A stretch of 64,000 bases of DNA from Bigelowiella natans CCMP2755 (lineage: Eukaryota; Protista; Cercozoa), in NCBI GenBank assembly GCA_000320545.1, contig ADNK01000783.1, positions 1 to 64,000 on the forward strand, in the 5' to 3' direction. Both the position numbers and the translations under genes were made by a program. This document shows, piece after piece, positions 37,790 to 52,123 of the stretch (positions are counted from its first letter, which is position 1; each line of letters starts with the position of its first letter). The notes below the pieces were generated by a model. The model ran no database searches. It was not told the origin of the DNA and saw only the letters and a program-made list of their open reading frames with translations.

Positions 37790-40517
37790 TGAAAATGGAA
37801 CTGATATCCCCGCCCGGTTGTTCTTTGTACGCGGCATTTCTTCTCTATTACTACTACTATATTTCCGAGTTAATTATTATTATAAATGTCTAGATTATCA
37901 TCCCACAACATAGGCCGTGGATAAGTTTATCACTTATTGTGAATCAAGATTCTATGTGTTTCGGGTCTTTTGGGACGATAGAGGGAGGTGTATTACGACA
38001 AAAACGATGTTTTTTTCATGGTACAAGCTCTCATTGCAAGTCTCAGGAACAAGAACTCATACCATTTCGGACTCCATCTTCGGCTGCTGCTGCTGCTGCT
38101 GCTGCGCTTTTTTTTCCGCGTAAACAACTTTGTTGTCCTATATCATCAGTGCGCATATATATAACCACCTCATCAAAAATCGTGAAGTGGACACTGAGGA
38201 GGACAAAGGCTGTTCTATGCGACGACGTGACACGAGTGAAGACTAGATAAAATATTGTTTCAGCATTGTGTAATAGCGTGGACTACCCTCCTTGATAATA
38301 TTTCAAGCGTATTCTATTATCTTCTACCGACCCTGAAGGTGATTTCGCCGCTGTTGACTTGGTTCAGAAACTTGAGGAACTTGGAGTTGCGCCACTAACA
38401 CATTGATAAGTTTTGTTTTTTGTATTTCTTTGAGTCTTTGTATCATGCGCTCGTGTATACTTCTCACAAACGTGTATCCATGGGCAGGCAGGCACTAATC
38501 ATCAACCCACCTTTGGATTGTCGCTTTTCATTAGTTTTTCTATCATCTCGGAACTCAAGCCCATACCTTAGCAGCATTAACGACAAAGTAATAATAAATG
38601 TAAAGCAAGGTAAAGGAAGGAGGGAGGCTCTTTCTCCGTTAATCATGCAGACTATTATTTGTTTCTACTATTATTTCAACTACTACTACTACTACTACTA
38701 CTACTACACTCAGCTGTTGCTGCTATGGCTACCTCCTCCCATAGATCTTTGCTCCTGCATCATCGGGGTCTACATTTTTAGGAACAACGAGTACATACAG
38801 ATGATGATTCAATAAATGCCCTTCTTCCTTTCTACGACGACCAACTGCTGTACACATCCGAACACCATCACAGCACTGCTCTGCAAATACTACTCAACTC
38901 CCTCCTCCTACCCTACAAGCTACTCCTTTTCCTCATGTCACCGCTGTTGCTGGTGCTGCATCTTGAGCCATCCTGCTCTTTTCCAAAAAACTCGATTTAG
39001 GGGCTTGAACTCCCTCGAACAGGTTTTGGACCTTGTTCAACACAATCATCGTTGCTTAGGACAAGGATGAGACGATATACGCCTGCCTCAACGAGGGGGG
39101 TTGCAATGATGAAAGTACACACAACACACACCAACTAACGTGCAGAGAGGGGAAAATAGCACACCCCCACGTCCTCTCCCCTTCCCTCACCATTTATCGA
39201 TGATACCTCATTCGCTGTCGGTACGTTAATTCGTTGCGCATTTTGAGGTTGCATGGTCATAGGAGCCATCATGGGCATCATTGGCATCATTTGCTGCATC
39301 ATGGGATTAAAGCTTTGCATTGGCATGTGAGCTGCCCCCTGATGATGCATGGTTGACATCGATGACGCACTATCCCCTCTTGCAACGGCTGGTACTGCCT
39401 GGGAGCTAGCCCCACCTTTCGCTTCCCGTAGCCTGGCTTCAGAGAACGCACGCTCCATCTTTGAGATGACAAAAAAATATTGCGTGTGAAATAGAGGCAT
39501 TGCATGACCAGAAAGATGCTCTTACCGATTGCTGTCGTGCTAATTCCATCGACTGTTGTCGCGATATTTCCATCCTCTGGAACTCATTCACCTTCATTCA
39601 GAACGCATACTCAGCAAAGCGTATTCCAACAATGAATCATCTATCATCTGAATAATAAGGTCGGTACCATCTTCGACTGCTCCATAATCGGCATTGATTG
39701 CGGTCGCAACATTGCTGGGGCACCTGGGTATTAAGTTAGAAAATGGTGTAAGAATGCCCTTAAAGCAGAAATTTTAAGTGTATATTGGATCAACTTTACC
39801 CCGTCCAGCATTCTGAAATCCTCGCATGAACTTGTTCATCTAATGGTCATCACCAATCGCAATGTAATCACGATCATTTCAGAAGAAAGAACCCCCCAAC
39901 CAACATGCATTTTAGAGGGGAGAGTTGGGTGGATCATGGAGCGAAAAGAGAGTGATTGCGACACATAATGACACATACTTTTCAAGTTTATAAAGACTTA
40001 CCTCTTGAACATTTTGAGTGGTAGGAGCATTCATCATGGTGGCTCGTTGAGGCCCAGCAGGAGCAAACTGGAGAAAAGTCATTGTGGGTGAGGTTTGATC
40101 GCAAAATAAGTAGTGAATTCGCCAACCTGCGCCATTCCTGGGCGCATACCTTGAAATTGTTTTGCATCTGCGATCTGATGGTAAAGGTATTATGAGAAAT
40201 CCAACGAGCTCAACAGGAGTGGAAGGAGTGGTATCGAATCTGGCTTCCATTCTCCTACCAACAACCTGCTGTCCTTGCTTCCCTATAGAATTCGCGAAGC
40301 CTGCCAAGGCATTCTGCTGCCCACAGCTCTGATAATTTCAAACAAATAACTCGGCGACAATTGCAAAAATCATGAAAGACATCCGTTCGGAATATTTACA
40401 TTGTCCGCACAAACAAGAAAAATGCAGACAAAGTTTACGGAATTGTTTGTCTCCTCGGTTGAAAAGTTATAGAGTATGAAAATGAATTACCTCTCCCGTC
40501 GCCAGATCTCGCAGCAT
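36140..40517 (-). CDS. PEX5: Peroxisomal PTS1 receptor PEX5
   Basis: C-terminal TPR exon (WRYLGQCHAD..E..AIAAL; LWNKLGATYANSNRS..A..AY..AL..KPNY); N-terminus MLRDLATGE|SCGQQNAL with Cys11; WxxxF motifs (WAAEF, WKRQF); exon WRNSKFLKFLNQVNSGEI. Confidence 0.95.
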
Positions 40518-40691
40518 CGTGATGAATCGTTTACTCCGTAGGGGATTTGCGTTCGGTGAGGCAGCGCTTGGGAAGAAGAGAAAAGCGAGCTTTGAATTTA
40601 AGATTTAGGTATGCAGCAGATAATTCTCCCCATACCCTCATGTGAAGGTAGAATTATACTAGCGACAATTAGGACATCCCATATATTCAAA

Positions 40692-41955
40692 ATGGCTCGT
40701 GTTACAGTACCTCTGACAGTCATCCCTTGGATTGTCGTATAGTGCTTGGCATAATCCTGTATTCTCAAAATATTGCCTATTTCGTATCTGAAATCACAGA
40801 TGTGAGTCGTATTAGGGGTGATATGCTCTTTCTCTGGAGTTTGGATTAACGCAGGATGATCTTAACCCCAGAACACTGCCGAGGAAATTTTCCGGAACCC
40901 ACAAAATTCTCCAAACAAGTGAGGAAGCTGTTCGGCAATCTTCTTCAAAATACACGTATGTGGCTAATTTTTTGCGCCTGAAATATCGTTTTCTTATTCC
41001 CATTTTTCATTTGCGTTTATAGAAACTTTTCCCAGATATGTTCTCGATGAAAGAGAGGAGTATGATCCTACAGGAGAATAAGAAGCGCTTCCCACACTGT
41101 AAACTCCTCGCAGGCCTGGAGAACAGAACTGATCGGAATAATCACGGCAAAAACACAGGATCAAAATACAGAAAATGGATGGCGTTTTATCATGGCCGAC
41201 TAGTCGGAAGACCCTCTTCTTTCTGCTCGTTCGGATGCCGCTTTAACTCAGGAGGTCATCATGTCAGCGGGCAGCAAAAGCCCATGCGAAAGCCCACGCG
41301 AGAAGTACATCGTTCCCAACAAACCCCTCCCTTTCCTATAATCGTAGTATGATTAGAATAGGATTGTGTATGTGGGTTGTTTGTTTGTGCCTTTGTTCGT
41401 TCGCTGCTTATATCCTCTTTCCAAGAGAATCCAACGACTTGTTCACACATATCTCATGCCGCCCTTAGGCCTGCTAACAAAGAAGGAGGCAATAAGGACG
41501 AGGAAACAAAATCAAAAATCAAAATTGAAGATTTACTTTCTGATTTAAGGCTTAGTGAATACATCGAGTTATTCGAGGAGAAAAAAGTCACACTGTTGAA
41601 ACTTTTGCAATACGACGGCGAAGAGCAGAAAAAGTATCTGACTGATCTGGGAATGAAACCGGGTCATAGATTGAAGCTTACTCGAAATTTGAAGGAACAT
41701 AAGGAAGAATTGTTGGAGAAGAAGAAAGAGCAGGAGAGCAGGAAAACTGCCTTCGTGAAAGCAATGGACAGTATGTTCGTACCAGCAGCACAAGAAGGTA
41801 GGGCAGAAGCAGAAGGTGGCCAGGAAGGAAATCACCAACAGGTTTCACTGATAGAATGATACCACTTATTACTTTTTGTAGAAATAAAAATGCATTTATT
41901 TTAATCTTGAGTAATTTCTTGCTTTGTGTGACAGGTGGCATGTGAGCAACAGTAG
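40692..41955 (+). CDS. SAM-domain protein ending in a CaaX-like motif
   Basis: IEDLLSDLRLSEYIELFEEKKVTLLKLL..LTDLGMKPGHRLKL is a SAM-domain pattern. Last exon 41935-41955 encodes VACEQQ*. 5' exons uncertain. Confidence 0.65.
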
Positions 41956-42803
41956 GGCAGTCTAATGATACGAATGAATATATGGCCACCCGAACCGTAC
42001 AACATGTTGTTTACAGATTGGCGTATACGCCTGAAAGTTTCCTTACGATTATTTCAGAACATATTTCTTAAAATCTCCTTTTAAAAACGGGGTCAATGGG
42101 CAAAATTTTGGGCATGATGAGAGAGAAGAAATGCAACGCATTGCAGTGATGCTTATATCTAGATATATTGGGGTCATTGTACGCTGCACAATAATCAAGA
42201 TGCTAACAGTATTCGGCTGCCTCGATCGAGGCATTGATTATAAATATATGTGCACATATATATAGCTAACATTATGGCTGCATGAGAACGCGCTCAATCT
42301 AGCTAGCAATGGCGGCGATGTACGTCGTCAACTATGCATGTCTCACACACGTTTTTATAACGCACATAGCAGACAGCAAATTCATTAACGTGTAGATGCC
42401 TAAGCATCGCATTGCACCGGCCTACTTTGCATAGCAACATGGCGCAGTGCGTACGCGTCTAGGCGTGTGTTTCCCGACCACAACTAGTCCTGCCGTACGT
42501 GCTAATCTTCGATGTGCTAGCTAGCTAGCCAGCAGTGGGCGTCTATGCGGTTGGTTCGATCTAGCGTTGCTAAAATATTTTCCCCCTGCAGGCTAGATAG
42601 ATGTGTATCGAGCTACTACTTGCCAAATTATTAGCCGTATATATGCACGCTAGCTTCACGCATGAAAGTCATGTCCATCGTACATGTTCGCACACGCCTG
42701 TCTAGCTGTGGCATCATGAAAATAGGATGAAATGCTCCGAGTCAATACATATTATGCTTTACATGTTATATAGACCGGCTTCCATGATATCAAATCACGT
42801 ACC

Positions 42804-43902
<1,099 letters not shown>

Positions 43903-44544
43903 CTGCCTCGCTTATCGGAAATGAGTTCTGTATTCCAAATGTATGTTACAACCCGTATTTGCATATAAAATAGGCTTAAAAGGATGTCGTCTTTGAAATA
44001 TGTAGGTATTCTATTGGATAATAGAGAGGATTCTTTTATTTTGAAGGACACCCACGATTTACCGACGAATCTACTTAAGAAGGTTGTCGCTGAATTAAAA
44101 TTTGATACGGTGAGATCGCCCCCCCCCTGGATCCGGTTTTTGCACTCATTCTTTCCATATCGATTGTTATTGCATCGTATCTTCCCTTTCAATTTGTTCA
44201 TTCATTCAACACTCGATCGTCTTAAACCTCTCCTTATCCTATTCTTTGTTTCGTGGTAGAACAATTTGAAAGTGAGAGATCAATACCCTCTTCGCACCAT
44301 CATCTTTTCCCCTCGTAACATGAATGAGAGGATAATTAGAGTTCGGACTCCAATATTTTAAAGACAAAAGATCGAATTAATTTCCCATAAATAGGAATCA
44401 TATTCGTGGAGAGGAGAAAGGCTTGAATTTCTTTGATCGTCGGCTCCAGAGGGAAGGACTGAACGGTAGGTCCGGATTCTGCGTTAGATGTTGACACGCT
44501 GTTTTATCGCGGCCTCAAAGGATAATTGATTCTTTTTAAGGTTA

Positions 44545-46199
44545 ATGGGAACCGCCGCCTCGCAAACATCGTCCAATGGGTACCTCGTTGTACTTTCAAG
44601 ATGATGTTTTAATTAAGACAATCAAAATTGGAGTACTGATTGATAATTCTGGTTGTAGGGAGACTGCAGAGGAATCCGATTCTCCCCAAGCAATCACAAA
44701 TGATAGCATCCGGGAGCTCCTTCCAGCAGGAGGGGAGGAAAGGAAAAACCAAGTAGTCCCAACATTATTTCAATGGCCTTACGGGGGTTCGGCGGTATAC
44801 ATCGCTGGAAGTTTCAATGATTGGGGAGGGAAGGTAATACCGTAATACCCGCCACAAGAAACAATAAAGTTCCGAATCTATTCAAATTTTTGACTCATGC
44901 TATTTTAGGTTCCGATGAAAGAATCTCAAGGTCCAGCAGTGTATCATGAGTGATTGCCTTTTTTTGAGATTTTTAATTGCAGGTGCTAACGGAGACGCCA
45001 CCCCTGTATTCACGATCACCCTAGACCTGCTTCCAGGGCGACACTATTACAAATTCATAGTACTTATTCCTTCCCAAGATTTGATTTGGAAGCTGAATTA
45101 TATGTCGTGAAATTTTTCAGGTAGACGACCAATGGCAGTACGATCCCGCAAAGGACCGAATGATTAACCACCAAGGCATTGTGAACAATGTCATAGAGGT
45201 TGTTCTTCGTTTTTTTGCAATTGTTTTTGCAGCATCGTGGATCAAGAACAAAATGGATATCTTTTAACAGGTGAAAGCGTCGAGACCGGAATCATTACCA
45301 GCCCTTTCTCCCCTTGATCGAGTGAGATATAGCTCGTACTATCCTTCTCTGAATTGCTTCACTGACGAGATATTATAACAGGTGATGGGCGATCCCGAAA
45401 GTTACGGGCAGGAAACGCCAAAAGAATTCACTGCTGATCCACCACCCCTACCCCCGCAGCTAGGTGAGGCTATTGTTATTATTATCGAGGCGTACTCAGA
45501 GTATTTAAAACTGTAATATCATATATCTAGGCAACCTCACTCATCTCAACCCAACGCAAATACAAGGCACAAAAAGTAACCATAAATTCTGTTCGATCCT
45601 CAGCAGTCTCATGATTGAAACCCTCTTTATTCCATCGTCAATATACGTTCCCCAGCAGATAGTAACGCAACCTTCGGGACAACAGAAAGTATGTTGTTCA
45701 CAATTTTCCGTTGCTCGGTCCTGGTACAAGGTCTAAACGATGATAGAATGCCTTTGTTTATCAGGGGAAACTCGTACCCAGCCAATCCCACTTCATGTGA
45801 CGTTGAATCACGTTTGCTTCCGCAGAGTATGTAGTCAACATGAAAATTCTCTTCGTGCTGTAAAGTAAAAACTAACCAATCTGATAATGTAGCCGGAGCA
45901 GGAGAGCATAATATCCACGGACGGCAAGTTAGTAGTCATCGGTATGAAAAAAATACAATCTCCACGTTTTTCGGAAAGCTGGGAACATTCAGAAACGGGG
46001 TGATATCAACTAATTCTGATCGATCATTATGCAGGTGTAACGCAACGCTACAAGGCTAAAGGCCTACAACATTCAAAGGTTATTATTGTCATTCTTGTAA
46101 TCAAGATAATGGAACGTGGCTTGTCGGTGATCATAATTCTCTATGTCTTAGGATCGGTTAGTGACAACAATATACTACAAGCCCATAGAGTCGACATAG
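44545..46199 (+). CDS. PRKAB: AMPK/SNF1 beta subunit
   Basis: Myristoylation-type start MGTAAS; CBM48 motifs VYIAGSFNDW..K|VPM..GRHYYKFI|VDDQW..NNVI; C-terminal PPPLPPQL, PLHVTLNH, TQRYK..VTTIYYKP. Confidence 0.92.
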
Positions 46200-46519
46200 A
46201 AGTCGTGGAATCCCTAGAACTACTCTCCACGTTCAGAATCAGGAATCCTTCCTTGTTTAGAGTACTCATGACCACGCTATCTGATTGAATATGTACAGTG
46301 AATGGTGAAACAAACTTCGTTCAGTAATGACAAAGCTGTAGATTGCCAACGATCATTTTTAACTAGCTTGTGCACATTTGCTTGTGTTTGATGATGCTAT
46401 GTTATTTTCTTTGCTACGATGTGAGGCTAGCGCACAGTGCCAGAATGCATACTGCACGAGCATTAACTGACTGCAGCAGATATCATTTCATGAAAGCAAC
46501 CCGGCAACGTGATAATATA

Positions 46520-46680
46520 AACGTCGGATCTAATGAAATGATTACATTTTTTCAATGGCCATCCTAATATGTGAGACGAATGCAATGAAATGATCACATT
46601 TTTTTGATTGTCATCTTACTAGCAGCTTAGTGTAAGACGAATGTGATAAAATGATCACAGTTTTTCAATAGTCATCCTAA
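46520..46680. repeat. Three tandem degenerate ~50-60 bp units of a dispersed repeat family
   Basis: Unit GAGACG(A/G)ATG(C/T)AATGAAATGATCACATTTTTTCAAT.GTCATCCTAA; inverted copies at 50291-50333 and 59588-59637. Confidence 0.7.
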
Positions 46681-47113
46681 CGTTAGCTATGCAGAGCACT
46701 AGAGCAGTGGCTACAGAATGCAGCGTTTTGCTTGTTCGTTTCTACTGGCAACGTGTATGCATTTGCCGCAGCGCATCGCAGATCGGTTCGCAATTTCCCC
46801 TCGTGCTGCCACGAGTATGGTACATTGTTCCTACATCGCAGGATTATAGACTGTATTCATGCGCCGCCGATGTGTTTGTTGTGGAAATTATTGAAATTGT
46901 AAATCCGATCTTATCATGATTGATGTAGAATAACCGATATTATAATAATGCATTCAAAATCAAACAGTTATACAAATGTTACTGGCTGATATACGCATGG
47001 AATGCGGACTAAAATTTGCTGAAATATTTCCGATCTCAAATATACATAAATACATGCTTTTATGTATGTGTGTATGTAAATATTATTCTTGTCAGAGTTC
47101 ATAATTTTACCAA

Positions 47114-48257
47114 CTAGCTGGCGAAAACAAACTTATTGTTCGAGGTCTCATAGAAAGAACTTGGATACTTTTTCTTCAACCTAAAAAGAGCTTCTTGATG
47201 AGGTTCAAAGAATTCAGCTTCTTTACTTGTAACAGTTGGGCGCTTGTATTCTCCTGTATTGACTTTGTCCGCATTTCCCACAATGTTATGTTGAGACAAC
47301 CCAAAGTGCTTTGCAACAGCATTCGTTGTGCCTGCAGGTTCCTTCAAAAACTGCTGGAAAGTAACGATGAGAAACTGGGAGGGGTCAAAATGCTTAAACC
47401 AGTGTCGCAACTGAACTTCGTACAGTCCACCCTGAAGAGAACGGCATACCGTACCGGGGATCATATTTTCATCTTGCTTTACAGCGTCTTTAAATGATAG
47501 AATATCGGCGTCAACGACTTCTTCCCAGGTTTTGTCGGTAACTTCGGACCAACCTTGACGAATGCCATGTCCGTAGTAAGAGACTGCACGGTGCACAGGA
47601 TTGCGAAGGATTGCTGCAAATCGGAGTTTTGTGTAGTCAATTCCCCTCTTTTCATAGATCTCTCTTATCATTTGCGGGACATTTCCGTGAGAGCTAGTCT
47701 CGCATAGGTAGTTTGGTGTTCCATCGATGAGGAGCGAAGAACCCGGACACGTGTCAAAATGTTGCATGTAGAACTCGAAGTTAGACTCAGCTTCCGATGT
47801 GTTTTTCATGCTACTCCAAAAGTGTTTCTCCTGAAAACCAAAGACCCATATCATACGCTTCTTCGATACTGCTGGTGTGTAAGTTGCTGTACCTTGCGAA
47901 AAAATGTCGGCTCGTCTCCAAGTTCATGACCAGAGCATAGCTCATCAGCCGTCCAATAGTCTTTTAGCATCTTGAACAAGGAGGAACTGGAGACACATCA
48001 AGTTTTAGCATATGCGATTACGCTGAAATTAATATTGGGACACCTTCCACATTTTTGCCCTCCAAGAAGATAAGCCATTGGCGCTCCCAGCTGAAAACAA
48101 ATCAGGGTTTAGACGGCACCAATTTCTTGCATTTGTTGCGTTTCCTTCTTACAGAGCTATGGCGTGCAGCGTCATTAGGCTCTAGGATACGTCCCTGCCA
48201 AACGGCAGAGGAGAGAGATTGAAGGAAGAGAATGGGTAGGACGCGTCTCATGAGCAT
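47114..48257 (-). CDS. Secreted/Golgi sulfotransferase (Sulfotransfer_1, heparan-sulfate-ST-like)
   Basis: Signal peptide MRRVLPILFLQSLSSA; 5'-PSB LLGGQKCGS|SSL; EKHFW; DGTPNY; 3'-PB ILRNPVHRAVSYY; GLYEVQLRHWF. Confidence 0.88.
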
Positions 48258-48854
48258 GAAGTGTGAACGTGTTCCAGAGGCGGTAGCGCTGAGAACGTAT
48301 TGACGATTTCAATGAGAAGTAATAATTCTTCCAATCACTGCTGTTCTTCCCAAATATAAGGTCATTTTCTTTCTGCGTCAGGGCATGTTTGTCTATCCGT
48401 ACGAAAAACTACAAGGAACACGTGCTTGTCCTTCCTTGTGTCTGCTGTTTGTACTTGGAAGGTAACTGATAAAGGATGTGAACACAGGCCATCCTGCAGG
48501 AGAGTCAACCCTTTTAACTTCAACGTTTGCGGGAAAGCACCTGTCCTTCGTTCTACTTTCATGTGGGTATTCAAGTCTGGATCTAGTATCCAAAAATACA
48601 ATGTTTCTCCGACGTTTTTTGTAACAACAATGCGCTCGCAGCGACAGCATCCTGAAATGTTTACAGTGCGGAAAGACAGCAAGACCAACGTTCCACAATC
48701 AGAACAAGAGCGTTCGGGAAAGCAGCACGATATGAATATAATAATACCAGCAGCAGGTTCAGTAGTGGTGAAGTGCTGAACAGTGAACTTCTAAGATTTA
48801 TTTTCCCAAAATATTACACGTAATTAATTCTTCGGCGTTGCTTTATTTTGCACG

Positions 48855-49780
48855 ATGGCTTCCACACCAATAGACCCCTACGACCGGTACGGGAGACGAC
48901 GCGAAGATCAATCTACTTATACCTTCACCAACCGGCCCCGCTCATTCGAAGGTACGAAATTATGTCTTTTTTGTACTTGTCTCTTACGCATCACTTTCGT
49001 AGGAATCAAGGAGGGTGACAAACTCGAGACCCCAAAAGCGGTGCAGTGCGTCACGCATGAGCTGTCAATTTGTACTGATTCGTTTAACTTTTCAGTTCTA
49101 TATAATACCTGCTGTTCTTGGTCTTGGAGCTCTAGGAATTGGATTTCTTGGAAGAAGGTTTGCAATATTAAATTTTATTCCACTTCGAAAATGGCATCAA
49201 TACTCCACTATGCAGAATCGCTTCTGGGGCTGCAGGGGCTGCTGCCAAGGTATTTATAAATGAAATATCATGTTATAGAGAGGATCAAGAAACAATATTA
49301 ATGTTTTTCAGAATGCCCAGCAACCTTCTGATGCAGCTGGGAGAGGTCTTTTCGGATTTAGGGTGAGTTTATTTCAAGATGTACGTGGAGTAAATCACAG
49401 TTAATGCATGCATCCAGCGTTACTACTACGACGGGGGTTTTGCACCTGAAATGACGAAACGCGAAGCAGCACAAATATTGGGCTGTCGCGAGTCAGCGAC
49501 AAAGGTAATTGCTGCTTGCAATCTACTGAATACTTCGTCTCAAAGAACCTTAATTTGCTTTAGGATGTAATTCTTCAGAAGTACCGCAAGTTGATGAAAA
49601 GCAACCACCCTGACCTTGGAGGATCAAGGTATGCGATATTTACACGATAATATTAATCAGCTAAATATTCAACAAGTATGAATAGGCTCCGGTGCCTGTT
49701 TGTGATGATGTCTTTGATTTAGATATATTGGCACAAAAATAAACGAAGCGAAGGAGATGTTGAGCAAGACAGCAAGATGA
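48855..49780 (+). CDS. PAM18: Mitochondrial import motor J-protein PAM18/TIM14 (DNAJC19-like)
   Basis: TM segment IIPAVLGLGALGIGFLG; YYYDGGFAPEMTKREAAQILG; KYRKLMKSNHPDLGGS|YIGTKINEAKEML. Confidence 0.93.
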
Positions 49781-49968
49781 CTTCAACATCATTCTCAACA
49801 TGAAGATTACACTAGTAACTTATATGGTACAATCCACGTGTCGCAGATCAGTGTGGGTGGTCTCACGTGTATCCTAGCATCGCTAGATCGTCTAATCGTG
49901 GCACCGCATTGCATGGCTTGCTCTAGTGCTAGCTAGGTAGCACATTTGTACATGCCAGTCTAGCAGTG

Positions 49969-50182
49969 GGGCCGGCAATGAATGGTTGTTCCAACAGTTA
50001 AAACCAAACATGTTTGCAAATGTGTTCATTAATTCATTCGAACAGCCTTTTCGCATGACGCATTGCTAGATGAGTTTTCAAGGTCTAGAAGTCACTGTTC
50101 CATTCGAATGAATGGTGTTCGAATGAACATGTTTGCAATGAACATGCTCGGTTTCAACTGTTCTAGCGTTCGTTGCCGGCCC
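49969..50182. mobile_element. MITE-like fold-back element (~214 bp)
   Basis: Termini GGGCCGGCAA...TTGCCGGCCC; imperfect arm complementarity extends ~80-100 bp (AACAGTT[A/G]AAACC, CATGTT, TGCAAA, TTCATTCGAA); no coding capacity. Confidence 0.6.
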
Positions 50183-51127
50183 TTTCTAGCTATGCACAGC
50201 TGATGCTGTGCCCGGATGTTACCTTCTCTAGTTCTAGCTGTCCAAGCTAGCAAGCTGCAGCATCTGCACACATGCTAGCATGCATGATGCACCATTGAAA
50301 AAAATTAAACATTTCATTACATCCGTCTCACACTTCTCTGTGCTGCCATGCGCGCACTCTCACAGCTACGTCCCGTCAATCCTGGTGATGGCATGACAGT
50401 ATGTGCGAATGCAAAACGCACATGACCGAACAAGGCGATTGTGATGCGGCTCAAAGTCGTAGCTGTGTATATAGATGTGCATGATGTGTCTTTTGTGCGT
50501 GCATGCGAACAACCAGCAATGCAAAAAAGTGCGGCATCAGGTGCAATTTGGATTGCGCCCAATGAAATTCTCAGTGTCACCGACAAATAGCAACATTTAG
50601 GAGCTTTCGGATTTTATTCCGACGACACATCTAGGAGACCACCAAATTGTAGAAAATCCGATTTCAATCGATTTTCACGGAAACAGCACTACCTTCACCC
50701 TTCTACCCGCGTCAAGTTTAGCACCAGCGGTCGTTCACAATAGAAGCTGAGTTTTTCAAGATGATGACAAGTATTCCTGCAATTATATCAGAACTTCCAT
50801 CGAACTTTCCTCCATTCAGAACGAACCGTCATGATCTGTCCTGCGTTTGTTTTCATCATCGGGTTCAAGCAATGTTTACTATTACAAGTGCAGTGAATGA
50901 TGGGCTGTTGTCTATCGTAATAACCGACAGATTGAAGCCAAGCATTCCTATTTTGTTTATTTATTTTTTCTGGCTCTGATGCCTTGATTATCAAAAGATG
51001 AAGCATCGAAAGTCGAGGTAAGTCCCTTTCCAAAACCTTTAGAATGAGTGTCCCCTAGGGTAAATATTTTTTTTATTAAAATACTGTTACAAAGGTAATA
51101 CTTGTTATCCGTGCTAATTTGAAACTT

Positions 51128-52123
51128 TCATGCGTCAAATCTTTGACTTACCATCAATTTCTTGCTCAGATAATTTTGAAAAGACGTGTCTCCAAATTCA
51201 CTTGCGGCCGCCTGAACGACAGTGATACCTCTCCATGTTTTCGCCTCGATCTTGGCATTTGTGTGCTCAATAAAATATTGTGCAATTTCTTTGTGTTTGG
51301 AGGCGGCGGCGCGGAGGAGTGGCGTGCACCCAAGATCGTCTTCGCTCTCAGCATCAGCTTTGTTTTCCACAAGAAATTGCACAGTTTTTAAATGGCCTTC
51401 AGTTGCGGCGATATGAAGGGATGTCGCACCTGGAAACGCTTTGCTATGGATTTGTCTAAAGGGCGTGGAAGGTTTGCTTCTGCTCATAGAGGGAATAGCA
51501 TCTTCGTTAAAAGAAGAAGAAATATAGCACTCTTTGCTACAACTGTAGCAATTCGAATAATAAGGACCATTTGTCTTAGCATTTACATTGGCTTTAGCAT
51601 TCTTAACCAAGTAATGTAGCAGCAGATTGTGGCTTCTACCATTGACAGCGGCAGTGAGGAGACCTGAGAAGCCTTGGTAGTCCCTAGATTCGATGTCCGC
51701 TTTGAGATCTTCCACAAGATACCGAACCATATCTATATTGCCTGTATCATCATTCTTGTGGTAATAGAGCCCATTATGATACTGGATAGCCCTCAGTAGG
51801 GCGTTCATCCCTTCATTGTCTATCGCATTCACATCAGCTTTCTCCTCAACCAAGAAGCGCGTTATCTCTAAGTTGCCATTCTTGGCGGCCCACAAAAAGG
51901 GCGTCTGACCGTACTCATCATCGACTGCATTTATGTTGGCTCTTGCATTTTGTACTAAATACTTCACAATTGGAAGGTTATTCATTAGTACACCAAGGAT
52001 TAGTGGTGTTTTCTTAACAATGTTGATCTTGAACTCGATGTTTGCCTTCCCCTCTTCAACAAGGTGGCGAACTCCTTCTAGGTCTCCCTCCATTACGCAG
52101 TTGTGCAGCTTCACAGAGGACAT
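51128..52123 (-). CDS. Ankyrin-repeat protein, intronless (331 aa)
   Basis: Repeated TPL/TPF..AA..G.L..V+YLV...KA+VNA motifs. Confidence 0.92.
   Translation of the reverse strand: MSSVKLHNCVMEGDLEGVRHLVEEGKANIEFKINIVKKTPLILGVLMNNLPIVKYLVQNARANINAVDDEYGQTPFLWAAKNGNLEITRFLVEEKADVNAIDNEGMNALLRAIQYHNGLYYHKNDDTGNIDMVRYLVEDLKADIESRDYQGFSGLLTAAVNGRSHNLLLHYLVKNAKANVNAKTNGPYYSNCYSCSKECYISSSFNEDAIPSMSRSKPSTPFRQIHSKAFPGATSLHIAATEGHLKTVQFLVENKADAESEDDLGCTPLLRAAASKHKEIAQYFIEHTNAKIEAKTWRGITVVQAAASEFGDTSFQNYLSKKLMVSQRFDA

Noticed and set aside
45566-45654. Possible fourth GC-AG intron in AMPK-beta
   Set aside because: A GT donor nine bases downstream has the same phase, so GC is not required.
46520-46680. 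CRISPR-like regularly spaced repeats
   Set aside because: Degenerate tandem units without unique spacers, no cas genes, eukaryotic context.
48362-48779. Overlapping ORFs between the sulfotransferase and PAM18
   Set aside because: No recognisable motif; probably promoter or UTR of the divergent pair.
50560-51100. Possible extra plus-strand gene before the ankyrin stop
   Set aside because: Short ORFs with no motif and no consistent splice chain.
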